Shown: positions 13,301 to 25,475 of the stretch, one piece after another
Position numbering within the stretch: the first letter of the stretch is position 1
Layout: every line of letters begins with the position of its first letter
Source of the DNA: Chrysomallon squamiferum
Lineage: Eukaryota > Animalia > Mollusca
Length of the DNA stretch: 64,000 nucleotides
Reading direction: 5' to 3'
NCBI GenBank assembly: GCA_012295275.1
Contig: CM022671.1
Span: 14,198,001-14,262,000, forward strand
The notes under the pieces: generated by a model
Seen by the model: only the letters and a program-made list of their open reading frames with translations
The model's database searches: none
What the model was told of the DNA's origin: nothing
Translations under genes and position numbers: made by a program

Positions 13301-13661
13301 ATTATAGATAAAAATTCATGATAAGTTCTAGAAATACATTTTGTAGCTGATTTTCAGTTATAGCTCAATGACAGTGGACATGCTTAGAACAGAAGTTGTA
13401 AAATGGTAGAAGTCCATATTAATTTATTTCTGTGCACAAGGTCATGAAGAGGTTAACAAACAACTGAATAATTTAGTCACAAAACAGCATCAAAACAAAA
13501 GACTTCTGTAATTACTTAAATCTGCACTTTCTAGACTTCTTTCTGGATCTGTCACCATTCTCATATCAAGATTGTGTCTATAACATAAAACCAAAAAAAC
13601 CTAAAAATCCTGGATTAAATTTCAAAGCCAAAAACATATTGTCTAAATTATAATTTGATAA

Positions 13662-13696
<35 letters not shown>

Positions 13697-13702
13697 TTAA
13701 AA

Positions 13703-13757
<55 letters not shown>

Positions 13758-15576
13758 AAAAATCGTTTTTAATGCCCAGGTTATTTATATATTTTAATTT
13801 CAAAGTCAGTTATAAACAACCCATGAATGATAATGTAATAAGCCGTTTGTTTATGATTTAAAAACTAATGAAACTTGACAAAAGTGTTATGTAAACTTAC
13901 TTCTTCCTCTGTTTTGGATGAAGAAGACCTGGAGTATCCAAAAATACCTGAAATATCACACAACACAAAGTTTATCCACAACAGACACACTTTCCACTAT
14001 TAACAATTTTTCACCAGTAATGTAACACATTTTTTTTTTCCTGAGATAAAAATATTAACAGATACTGACTTTTTCAACAGTACAATTTAAAAAAAAAGAA
14101 AGGAAAAAAGACCAATTTTAAACATATTATCTGAAAAGACATGTAATAAACAGTTTATGTGATCTTGCTGTGAACTATACTATTTAATACATGTTGTGTG
14201 AATTTACTGTTAACATGGATATTTAATGCATATTGTGTGAACTTACTTGAATGTTGACCTACAATAAACAGTGTGTGAACTGATGCATTCTGTGAATGAA
14301 CTTACTAGCTGTGTCATCCTCTGTGAAAACTGACATACAATACAGTGTGTGAACTGATATATTCTGTGAATGAACTACTACCTGTGTCATCTTCTGTGAA
14401 AACTGACATACAATACAGTGTGTGAACTGATATATTCTGTGAATGAACTTACTATCTGTGTCATCTTCTGTGAAAACTGACATACAATACACAGTATGTG
14501 AACTGATATATTCTGTGAATGAACTATCTGTGTGTCATCTTCTGTGAAAACTGACATACAATAGTGTGTGAACTGATATATTCTGTGAATGAACTTACTA
14601 TCTGTGTGTCATCCTCTGATATATTCTGTGAAAACTTACTATGTGTCATCCTCTGTGAAAACTGACATACAATACAGTGTGTGAACTGAAATATTCTGTG
14701 AATGAACTTACTATCTGTGTGTCATCCTCTGTGAAAACTGACATACAATACAGTGTGTGAACTGAAATATTCTGTGAATGAACTTACTATCTGTGTGTCA
14801 TCCTCTGTGAAAACTGACATACAATACACTGTGTGAACTGATATATTCTGTGAATGAACTTACTATCTGTGTGTCATCCTCTGTGAAAACTGCCTTCACG
14901 TTGTGACGTGTTGTGTGTACCTTTGGTGACACTGACGTAATCTGAAAATGTTTAAAATTAAAACCTTACTCATCCAGTGCAACAACAACAACAACAATAA
15001 TAGCATATTATTTTATTTAAAGGTTTTGCAATTATTATTAATGTTATTAATTTTAAATTTTTTATACATTTAACTTAAACATGAGATTTGGACAATTTTA
15101 TATAAAATACATATATATATATATATATATATATATGTGACATAAGCCTCACTTTTTTTTATACACTTTAACTGTTTCCTTTTATCTTTATGATTTTTTC
15201 TCATCTTTCAAGAATATTAATTTCTCAAAACTTTGACATGCTTTTTCAACTAATAAATAAGAAAATCTAAAATGAACCAAGTAGAAAGTTTTTAATGGGT
15301 TTTTTTACATCTTGAAAGGATGCATCAAAAAATATATCTATTCACTATCCATCATGTTTGTTTTCCTGTTTTATTTCTTTTAATGAATTTAAACTCTACA
15401 CGAGACACCGAAGAAGATAAAAACTGATATGTTACCTTCCATCTCATTAACTGATTTGTCAGGGTTGATTTGCCAGCATTGGGTGAACCAATAATAGCGA
15501 CACGCAGTAACCTGGGGTCAGGAGGTTGGTCTGGTGAAAGTGTGGTACGCCAGTGTTGTTCTTCTGTTATAAAAAT

Positions 15577-15652
<76 letters not shown>

Positions 15653-16638
15653 TAACAGTAATAGTAACAAAAATAAAACAGCAACAAATCATTAGTAACA
15701 ATAACAAAACAGAAACATAAAAAAAAATTAATAATTTTAACAATAATAGTAACAACAGAAATAACAATAATGAAATAATATTTCTTGTTTAAGGAAAAAA
15801 ATTTCATTATTATATATACATATAAAAGTTAGTCCATCTCTAGCAGAAGCCTATGAGGAAAAACACCAAATTTAAGATAAAACAAGAGTTTATATTATTT
15901 TGCATTTTGTTTATGCTAACTGAAAGGTGCTTGTCCTCATACTTAAGGTATAACCATATATATTTCTTTGTCACTGCTCTAATAGTTAAATATGCATCTC
16001 ATCATCCACTATTAGAAATTCTCTCACACACACAAACTGCATTGTTTATTGTACATTAATAAAGTAATCAATATAGTCATTAATTTTAAGAGATTTAATA
16101 TTGACTAATTTCTTATTGCAATCAACATTTGAATCTATCCTGTTAAAGAATAAAAACGGTGTTTGATTTATTTCACTCCTTAACAGAGCATGGATAGCTG
16201 AAAATATAACATAAAAATGTTACGTGTAACAAAAATCGTAATTGCAAACTTTCAGTTTTATTTGTTATATGTAACAAATTTGTTTAAAAAATAAATTTTA
16301 TTTTCCAACCTTCACTTTTAGCAACAGCTCTTTCTAAACTGACATCATCGGTGCTTGTGTCACACTGAGCACCTTTCAGTTTGGTCAGTTCTGTGACAGT
16401 CTCGTTTGTTTTGTTGTCATAGCAATGAGCTGTAACCTCAGTGCTGTTACTTGTACAACTTCTAACCTGATTTCTTATCACCTGGAATTTGCACCAAGAT
16501 AATTCTGAAAAAAAAATATATATTTATATAAAACAAAAATGAACAGATAATTACATTTGTTATAGGACAGAATTTCAAATGAACAAATTAATAAATGAAT
16601 TTTAATGGTTCCAAAACAAATCTGTAATATGCTAATTG

Positions 16639-16673
<35 letters not shown>

Positions 16674-17198
16674 TTATTGTTACTATTTGTTTTATTTATA
16701 AATTATGTGCACTTTCCATGTCATGTCTATTCATTGATTATGAAATACAAAACAGACACTGACAATAATAATAAATGAATAAATAAATAATTATAGTGAC
16801 ATAATAATAAATTATCAATTATCTTAATATTTAACTTGTTGTAAATAACGGTAGTACTAAATGATTTGATAATAATGGTGATCTCGACTGCATAGTATAA
16901 TCATAATAATGATAATGTGACGAATGTACACAGTATTGACTCTGAGTACACTATCTTCACACTGTCACAGTACTCTGTACTTTATTAAAACTATTATGTA
17001 TACATAATACAGTGACCACTAGAACATTCGAACCATTAATATAGAAAATAACAGAGAACAATGACGCTTATTTTCTTCCTTTCAGTATAATGTCAATAAT
17101 GAATTACTTGTTGTTGTCTCAACAAAATAATGCTGGCGGCTGAAAAACGACGAATGATTTTTCAAAGTGAACACTATGCATCTGATGGGCGCAGCCAT
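10194..17198 (-). CDS. ERAL1: GTPase Era, mitochondrial (ERAL1), complete, 11 exons, 507 aa
   Basis: Exons (5'->3') 17108-17198, 16310-16504, 15436-15563, 14864-14941, 13901-13947, 13516-13577, 12949-13061, 11868-12317, 11093-11242, 10599-10679 and 10194-10322 total 1524 nt, all GT-AG with consistent phases. Motifs: MAAP start, G1 GSPNAGKS, G2 VSPKVHTTR, G3 DTPG, G4 NKVD, G5 VSAL, KH-like region with LPREVPY and LLGPKG. Confidence 0.96.
10599..10679 (-). CDS. ERAL1: ERAL1 exon 10 (EIMHWEVDSDGVLNIIMYISTKDRYYF)
   Basis: ttgcag / gtaagt. Confidence 0.9.
11093..11242 (-). CDS. ERAL1: ERAL1 exon 9 (GYLQSEARPADWEF...LPREVPYHLYP)
   Basis: tttcag / gtacaa. Confidence 0.92.
11868..12317 (-). CDS. 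ERAL1: ERAL1 exon 8 (VDLLKKK...FMVSALTGDGVDELR)
   Basis: aacag / gtgagt; 150 codons. Confidence 0.93.
12949..13061 (-). CDS. ERAL1: ERAL1 exon 7 (AVLHDVSNIWTRNQLDP...ILILNK)
   Basis: ttcag / gtgagc. Confidence 0.95.
13516..13577 (-). CDS. ERAL1: ERAL1 exon 6 (HNLDMRMVTDPERSLESADL)
   Basis: ttatag / gtaatt; phases 2-1 fit. Confidence 0.92.
13901..13947 (-). CDS. ERAL1: ERAL1 exon 5 (VFLDTPGLLHPKQRK)
   Basis: tttcag / gtaagt; G3 motif. Confidence 0.95.
14262..14892 (-). repeat. 72-76-bp minisatellite built from the end of ERAL1 exon 4 plus its donor
   Basis: The minus-strand unit CAGTTTTCACAGAGGATGACACACAGATA|GTAAGTTCATTCACAGAATAT..GTATTGTATGT occurs in about 8 copies; the first copy is the real exon end. 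Confidence 0.95.
14864..14941 (-). CDS. ERAL1: ERAL1 exon 4 (ITSVSPKVHTTRHNVKAVFTEDDTQI)
   Basis: tttcag / gtaagt. Confidence 0.95.
15436..15563 (-). CDS. ERAL1: ERAL1 exon 3 (P-loop LLRVAIIGSPNAGKSTLTNQLM)
   Basis: taacag / gtaaca. Confidence 0.95.
16310..16504 (-). CDS. ERAL1: ERAL1 exon 2 (variable N-terminal region)
   Basis: tttcag / gttgga; open frame, phase 1-1. Confidence 0.8.
17108..17198 (-). CDS. ERAL1: ERAL1 exon 1 (MAAPIRCIVFTLKNHSSFFSRQHYFVETTT)
   Basis: aaaATGGCTGCG start; gtaatt donor; phase 1 fits exon 2. Confidence 0.85.
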
Positions 17199-17780
17199 TT
17201 TAAATCTTCTGTTTGAGTTTCCTCTATTATTTTGTTACAAAGCCTTTTGTGTGCTTTCACAGTCGACACTATTTTAGAAAATAGCCGATTAATTCCCCAA
17301 AAAGCAAAATATCAAGTTATTACATGAGTGAATATTTATCAACAAGGCTTCAGTAAAATACATATGTACATGTACAAACAGTAATAATAACAACGAAATT
17401 AGCTTAATAATATAAAAAAAGAATGTTTATCTTCAATTATTTTAAGTTTTTAATTATTCACACTGTATATGAAGAGACAAAATCAGTGTATTTCTTTTGT
17501 TTCTATTTACTTAAATTCTCTGACGATAACTTTGTTTCTAATCTGTTTGAATATAGGTTTAATTTATGATAACAGATTAATCTATTTCGTGAAAAGTTGT
17601 GTAAAATACCCTTGCTAACTCATTACTTTAAATTAAACTGGAAAAATTGACAGTAATAGCCCGCCTTATTTCATTTCATCCTACGTCAAATTCGCCTTTA
17701 CGTCACTTTTCTAGGCTACATTTCAGTCTATCGTCAGTTAGCAACATCACCTACGTCATAATAGGACGTGAAACAAATTT
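17199..17780 (-). promoter_or_regulatory. ERAL1 5' UTR and promoter region
   Basis: Directly upstream of the ATG; CpG reappears here; TACGTCA at 17682, 17699 and 17752; GC-box-like CCCGCC at about 17660. Confidence 0.5.
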
Positions 17781-17898
17781 TCCTTAAAAAAATGTTTTAA
17801 AATAATAAATACACAAAAATTAACAATAAAAGATAAAAGAACCTTAAAACCAATCAACAAACTAAATCAAAACAATATAAAATACAATGAAAACATAT

Positions 17899-17930
<32 letters not shown>

Positions 17931-18433
17931 CAAAATATTTCCATCTCTGCAGGACCGCAGAATGCAGAAGAGGCGTCAAAGTAAAGATAAGTAACGAAAT
18001 TTTAGTAATTATATATGTGTGTGTATATATATATATATATTATGTCTTCTTTAGCCTTATGTTAACTGTAAAGTGTTTGTCATACACATATTTTTATCTC
18101 TGAGTAAAAAAATACGATAAAATAATAAAAACAGTGAAACATTTTTACTTTTCGTATGCAACCATAATTCCGTCAAAGATAAATATTCAGACATATCGAG
18201 AAACTTAGCCATATTTTTAATACTATTGATTAACTATTGAAAAAAAAAAAAAAAAAAAAAAAAGATCAGAACTACCGAACTTATCCATGACCACTAAAGG
18301 TTTTTAAACTTAATTTTTATTTCATAACAAATACATCTTCATGGCTAATCTGATCGTAAGTCTGAAGGTGTCATTATATGCGATTTATTTTATTTTCAGT
18401 GTCTTTATTTTTCGTTATGACAAGAATGTACTA

Positions 18434-18490
<57 letters not shown>

Positions 18491-18761
18491 ATATATATTT
18501 ATGTATATATGTATGTATATATGTATGACGTTTATGTTTTACACATACGCTATTGTTGTTGTTTTTTTATAACTTTTTTATGTTATTACATTTTTTTTTT
18601 TTTTTTTTTTTTTATAAAATTTTATGTACTTACATTTTTTAATTTTTTTTATTATTATTATTATTTTTATTTATTTATTATTATTATTATTTTTACATTA
18701 AAATCTATTTCCAATCTCGGCGTCATTACCGTCACTATTTTGTGCCGTAATATAGAATATA

Positions 18762-19318
18762 CAGGGTGTCCCAAAAGTAACCGTACCGCAAATTTAAATA
18801 AAATTAGATATTAAAAATAACAAATTTAATTCCATCTTTTATGTCATTTTGTGTTATCTTTTGTACGATTCATTTACTCAGTAGTAGTCTTTTTTGTTAC
18901 CCGATTGTAGTGTTCTTCGTGATCGAGACTTCTGTTTTACCACGACGACGCCGACCTCTATGACGCGGTTTGTTAATACTGTTTATGTTCTCCTAGGCGT
19001 TCCATGTTCTTTCTCCTGCAACTCGCTCTCAAGACAGTTGCTTTCTGTACTGCAATAAAGGCAAACGTTACATCCTGAATCTTTTCGCTGATCTTACTGG
19101 TTTTGTTCCTATGTCATTATTCTTATTCAGCGCGCGCTACTGGACTCTCCTTTGTTTGACTTGAAATGGTACCCTCACTCTTAAAAATGCGACGAAGAAT
19201 TTTAGATTTAAACAAACATTTTGAACATTTGTAAATACTAAATATACAGATTAAATTTGTTGTTTTTTATATCTAATTTTATTTAAGTCTGCCGTTCGGT
19301 TACTTTTGGGACAACCTG
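18762..19318. mobile_element. Tc1/mariner-type MITE (557 bp)
   Basis: Imperfect TIRs of about 69 bp (CAGGGTGTCCCAAAAGTAACCG... / ...CGGTTACTTTTGGGACAACCTG) with TA on both flanks (18760-61, 19319-20); no transposase ORF. Confidence 0.88.
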
Positions 19319-20264
19319 TATAATATTCTTTATAGGGTCTTACTGATTAAAGGCAAATGCAGTTCGAACAATATTATCCTTAATTTGAACAAATGGTTGT
19401 AAAATGGAGTATTATTATTTGTATTATTATTATTATTATTAGTAGTAGTAGTAGTATATGTGTTATTATATCATATTTATATATCACCTTTGAAGTTCAA
19501 TGATTCTTATTCGGTTGTTTGTTTCAGCAAAAAGAATTGACTTACAGGAAGTTACAGCTGACGTTACTGTCACAAATTTGCGATTACCGATGAAGTTGGT
19601 TGAGTTATATTTCACTGCAGTATCACATATCAGAGATTTTTTATACATGATTTTACAAGAAAAAACAAATCAGTATAAACACGTCCACAAATACATGGTC
19701 ATGTAGTAGAGAAAGTATTTTTATTATTATTTTTGAAAGGATGAAAGGATGAACTAGTAGGTATTACTGATTAAAGTGAATTTGTTTTCTTTCGTTGCAC
19801 ATAAATGTTCGTATTTTTGAATCTGTTTGTTTGTATGTGCATGGACGTACATCTTTCTGTGTGTTTCTGTGTCTATAAATCTGTATTTCTATATTTGTAT
19901 GACTGCCTGTTTTTTCTCGTTATATAGGAAATAAAAAAAGAATATTATTTATTAATTTTATTTATTTAGTTTTATGTATGTATGCATGCTTGTTTGTAAG
20001 TATGTATGAATGTATGCATATATTTATGTTTTTATCTATCTGTCTGTCTCTCTATTTTGTTATTTTGTTTATGCTGCTTTAACTGATTTACAGAGTGTCT
20101 TCATTATTCGGGTATGTAATGTAAGAACAAAAAAAATGACAGAAATAATAAATTTCTATCTGTCTGTCTGTCTCAACAATTTGTTATTTTGTTTAAAACC
20201 TGCTTTAACAACAACAACAATAATGTTTTCATTGTTCGGATATAATGTAATGTTGGTAAGAATT

Positions 20265-20306
<42 letters not shown>

Positions 20307-20998
20307 AAAATAAAAAAAAAAAAAAAAAAAAATGCTACCATACTGTTTGCTATTACTGATGCCGTGGTTTCTACTATTATTACACCAGCTACGACCACAT
20401 GACAGTATAATGCAAACCTGTAAGATTCACTCGCTAATTATTCCGACAGTTAGAAATAATAACAGCAACATAAAAAACAACAACAACGACAACAACAGCA
20501 ACAGCAACAGCAACAGCAATAATAATAATAATGATGATGATAATGATGACGATGATGATAACTAAAATTTAAATATGTTTCACTAATTCATACTGGATCA
20601 CTGTTACGGTTTTTCTGTCATGATCAAATAATGTCTTCCTCACATTTGATATACACATGTAACCTGCTGCACAAAAATCTCTGCCGCATTTAGACACGAT
20701 TACAAACTTTACACCCATCTTTACACGTGGTCTCCACTGAACATCACAGTTTCAGCATTTCTTTCACTGCTTACACTAACTACGAAGATATTTAAACCCT
20801 CAGATCAAGTTATCGATTGAATACTCATTTAATAATAATGGATGTTTGAAAATTACTCACGGTTAAGGTTGTTTTTTTTTTTTTTTTTTTACAATTAATC
20901 TTCGTGATATTTAATCACAGAGACACTATTCTGAAAACGGAGAACGCGAATTGTGGTTGCCGCAATATCTTGAAGTAAGATTCATACGTGTGTTTGTT

Positions 20999-21064
<66 letters not shown>

Positions 21065-21766
21065 TAAGCAAGCAAAACATAGATACTGAACAAATGTGTA
21101 TTTCACATATAGTTAATCCTCATAATGTTCATTTAATCTGTTTGAAACTTTTGCAGCAAATGCAATTTTATTTACGACATCCAAAAATCAGAAAAGCATG
21201 AATTACAAAAAACATCAAAATGTACTGTCAAAAAAATCGGAAAATTTTCTTTCAGAATTTTTACGGTGATACAAATTAATTTTGGTTATTTGAAGATAAT
21301 TATCTGGAATGGTATTTATTTAAGTATTTCGTTTAATAAGTATCTATTTGTGAATTTAACAATCACTAATGTAATACTACTTCTACTACAAGCAATAATA
21401 AAGTTAATAACAATAATAATAATGATAATAATAATAATAATAATAATTATAGTAATAAATAAATAACGGTTTTATCGCTTTAAAATATCTGTATAAACTG
21501 AACTAGTACACATAATTTTACTAATTTAATATATTTTAAGAAATATCTAATTTCTTCTAAATAACAATCACTCAAGTAATTTTATATATAACTATAATCT
21601 TCAGACATACGTAGTTATCATAGACCTGTAATATTCGCCTGTGAACTGAGGAAGAAAAAAGAAGATGTCTACTGAAAAAGTCAAAAACAAGGAAAATAAG
21701 TACAAAATTTATAAATATAATAAATCGCTATTTTTTAAATTATTACTGTTATTAACTAAGGTTCCG

Positions 21767-21813
<47 letters not shown>

Positions 21814-22053
21814 TGTATTATTATTAATATTATTTACTGTAGAACTAGAAGCAGAATAAAATAACAGTCAAATCGTTGTTTATTTATTTATTTATTTCGA
21901 ATCAACACTATACGACCAGTAAGTATAAAAATAATAAGTTCGCGTTTCACTCAGTGACATTTTAGAAACATCTTTTGAAATGGTTTTTGTACATACTTTA
22001 ATTAATCATCTTTACAATAGAAACAAAACAAACATACAACGACAACAACAGCT

Positions 22054-22116
<63 letters not shown>

Positions 22117-22239
22117 TTTGGGAATAATTTGTGTACACGATATATGGCTTACCAAGTTTTTTTTAATCGTCTGTTATATATATATATATAATGTATGTAT
22201 ATATGTATGTATGCGTGTATGCACGTATGTGTGTGTAAA

Positions 22240-22278
<39 letters not shown>

Positions 22279-22650
22279 GTATATATGTATGTATGTACAA
22301 ATTTAAAAACTTATAAAATAAAAATATCGTAATTGTATTATTTACTGAAATTCATTTGACTACGAAGGTTAATAACAAAACTATCTAATTACTTTGCGAC
22401 TTACGAAATGGATTTTCTCTCATCATGAAAAAATTAAAAACTAATTTGTAACATATCTTTTCAGAGGTTTAATTTTCCATAAGCCGCTGCAAAAAAGTAG
22501 AAGAAGACATTATGTATTTAAAACACATACATTAAGATTTTTCTCTTTTAAAATTAGCTAACAGGTTGCCACACTTTATAAAAGAAAATTAATTAATTAC
22601 TTTGTTTGTTTATTTGTTCGTTTTTTATTCGACTGTTTATTTCATTTAAT

Positions 22651-22692
<42 letters not shown>

Positions 22693-23044
22693 TTTCTTAG
22701 AAAAAAAATAATAATGGATTTGCAAGTTGCCATGCAAATAGTTCCTCAACCCAACTTAGAGTCATTTCAAAACTTTTGAATTCAAATAAAGAGTTAATTT
22801 TTTTCTGGATTGAGAAATGTTTTTAATTGATTAAAATGCCGAGTATAACACGTGAGCTATATCCACAGTGAAACATTCAACACATCGCCATAAAACAGCA
22901 TTACAATCATAAAAGGGAATAATTCAGAAAAAAGGTATTTGTGTGTCATTTATTTCATCTGTGATTTTCCTAAATTTTACATAAATTCATCACTGTTTGG
23001 TTGTTAGTTGAAAAAAAATTGCACAAATCTTTCTGTCTAGATAT

Positions 23045-23211
23045 ACATACATACATAATGAAGGTATAAACATGTATTTCAAAATCTGATTTCTAAAACT
23101 CAATTTTCAGCAGTTAAAAATAAAATTCATACATACATACATAATGAAGGTATAAACATGTATTTCAAAATCTGATTTCTAAAACACAATTTTCAGTATT
23201 TAAAAATAAAA
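23045..23211. repeat. Near-perfect tandem duplication, unit about 83 bp
   Basis: catacatacataatgaaggtataaacatgtatttcaaaatctgatttctaaaac..caattttcag occurs twice. Confidence 0.85.
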
Positions 23212-24342
23212 GTAAATAATTAAAATTTTACTCGATTTTTCTGAAACCATTCATGGCGATGGGCGATTAAGATAGTAATGAAAACCAAAATAAAAGTTTT
23301 GACACATAGTTTATTTTCGAAAATAATGTTGTTACTTTTAATCAAAAAAAAAAAAAATCCTTTAATTATTTCATCTTAAAATAAGCTAAATTACTTCGTT
23401 CAGTGATTCAGATCTTCAGGGTAAATAAATTTGTAATTTTTGTTTTCTAATTCGAGTCCGTTGACGATGCTAAAATTAGCTAAGCAAGCTTCTCGTTTCA
23501 TTTGTTTTCACTTCGGTTCCGTATTAGTTACGTGCAGCTTCATTTAGCTGGTCGTAAAGGTACGAACGCTGATTAAAATATTTCGCACAATAATAGCTTG
23601 ACTTAATTTGTCAGCTAATCTGATCAAAGTCACTCACTGGCAATCGGAATCGTACGTCTTGGTGTCTAGCCTGATGGGAATTGGTCACAAACCGTTAAAA
23701 AAAATGCGCGCAACGTCACGCGCAGACGACCGAAACGTCGCGCGCTCCGTCCGTGCGTTCGCGCGTTTTCTCTGAAAAGGTGTGCGGCGAGGAGCGACTC
23801 ATTCAAACCAAAAGTAATTTTCTCTGTATACTTTAATTACGCACCGCGGTCGGTTCCAGTGCAAATCTAGAAAATTGGGAAGAACCGAGATTCTTCGGTC
23901 GGCGGTGACACCCGAAGGTGACTAATTCATCATGGCGTCATCGCTTCCGGTTGTATTACGCCTGTGATTGCGACGTGAGCAATTTCATCAGTCAGTTATG
24001 GTTCTTATCAGTAATTGTGATTGATTTCAAGCTTTCAAAAAAAAAAAAAAAAAAAAGAAGAAGAGATGGAGATAAAAAAAAAACTGATGACAGTATTAGC
24101 CTGGATTGTTCGGATGCACACACAATAAATGACCCAAATGTCACCGAGGCGATACATCGAACTCCAGAAAATAACATCAAACAGAATCGTGGATGGAGTG
24201 GCAGCTTGGGCGTGTGCTATCATTTTTTATGCTGAAAGATTTCACACAGATAAATGAAAATAATTAATATTTTACATCGTTTTCTGGAATCATCTACGGA
24301 GATGGGCGATTAAGATATTAACTAAAAAAAAAATATATATAT

Positions 24343-24380
<38 letters not shown>

Positions 24381-24383
<3 letters not shown>

Positions 24384-24587
24384 TAATTTGTTTTACGGTG
24401 TTTAGTATGTAAAAAAGAAAAAATTGTAAATCTTAAAGAAATATGTTGTTTTTAAAGAGTTAAAACTATATATTATCTATGTATACATATATAAACGTAA
24501 TACTCAAAATCAATATGACAATTTTTATCTCAAAATCAATAAGTCAATTTTATATCTCACCAAACGTACAATAAGAGAGAGAGAGAG

Positions 24588-24668
<81 letters not shown>
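24381..24668 (+). repeat. Dispersed repeat copy A (body about 190 bp plus (GA)n tail)
   Basis: Reverse complement of 30853-31140. Confidence 0.85.
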
Positions 24669-24671
<3 letters not shown>

Positions 24672-25424
24672 TCATTTTCAAATCGAAGAGATTATGCAAC
24701 AGTAATAAAGTAAATTATTTATTTAAAATATTGAAATTCTTGTTTTGTTTCTTAACTAAATTAGCAACAAGTTAGATATATTTTACAAAGGAATACAAAT
24801 GTAATGATCCTTTTTTCAAAACAAACATATCCAACGGATTAATAAATTCTTTGACTGTTTGAATCCACCATCATTATTAACAAACCTTCGGGCCTGGTTT
24901 TCCGAAATCAAAAATGACAGACAACAGTTGCATGTCCTCGCTCGGAGATGACGTCAGTGAAAGGTCGATGTAAAAAGGCCGCGAGTTTAAAATGTTTCCC
25001 AGATAAATAAATCAGAAGTTCGGTTTATCCATGTTTTCAATCTAAGGTTAATTAGTGTTAATCATCGCTGATAAGGAATCGATCGCCCGACTGGCCCGTT
25101 AGCGGAGGATCTAGGTGTTATCGAAACCCTATCTCCTGATAAAATAACAATGCTTTCCTTATTGATGTCTCCTGCAGACACCTTACCCGGTTCTATTATG
25201 GATAAAGTGAGCAACCCCACGCGAACCAAAAATACCGAGAGTCAAAACGTTATCGCAGGCGTTATAGTCTGCAAGCGAATCATGTATGATTATTATTATT
25301 ACTGTTGTTGTTATTATAGTTATTATTATTATTTTTGTTGTTGTTGCTGCTTATTTTTATATTATATTGAAGTATATTATTGTATATTTTCATCGTAATT
25401 TTTTAATAATGATAATGATAATGA

Positions 25425-25475
<51 letters not shown>

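Noticed and set aside
14259-14492. 77-aa repeat ORF with VFTEDDT
   Set aside because: Product of the amplified ERAL1 exon end; the frame shifts between units.
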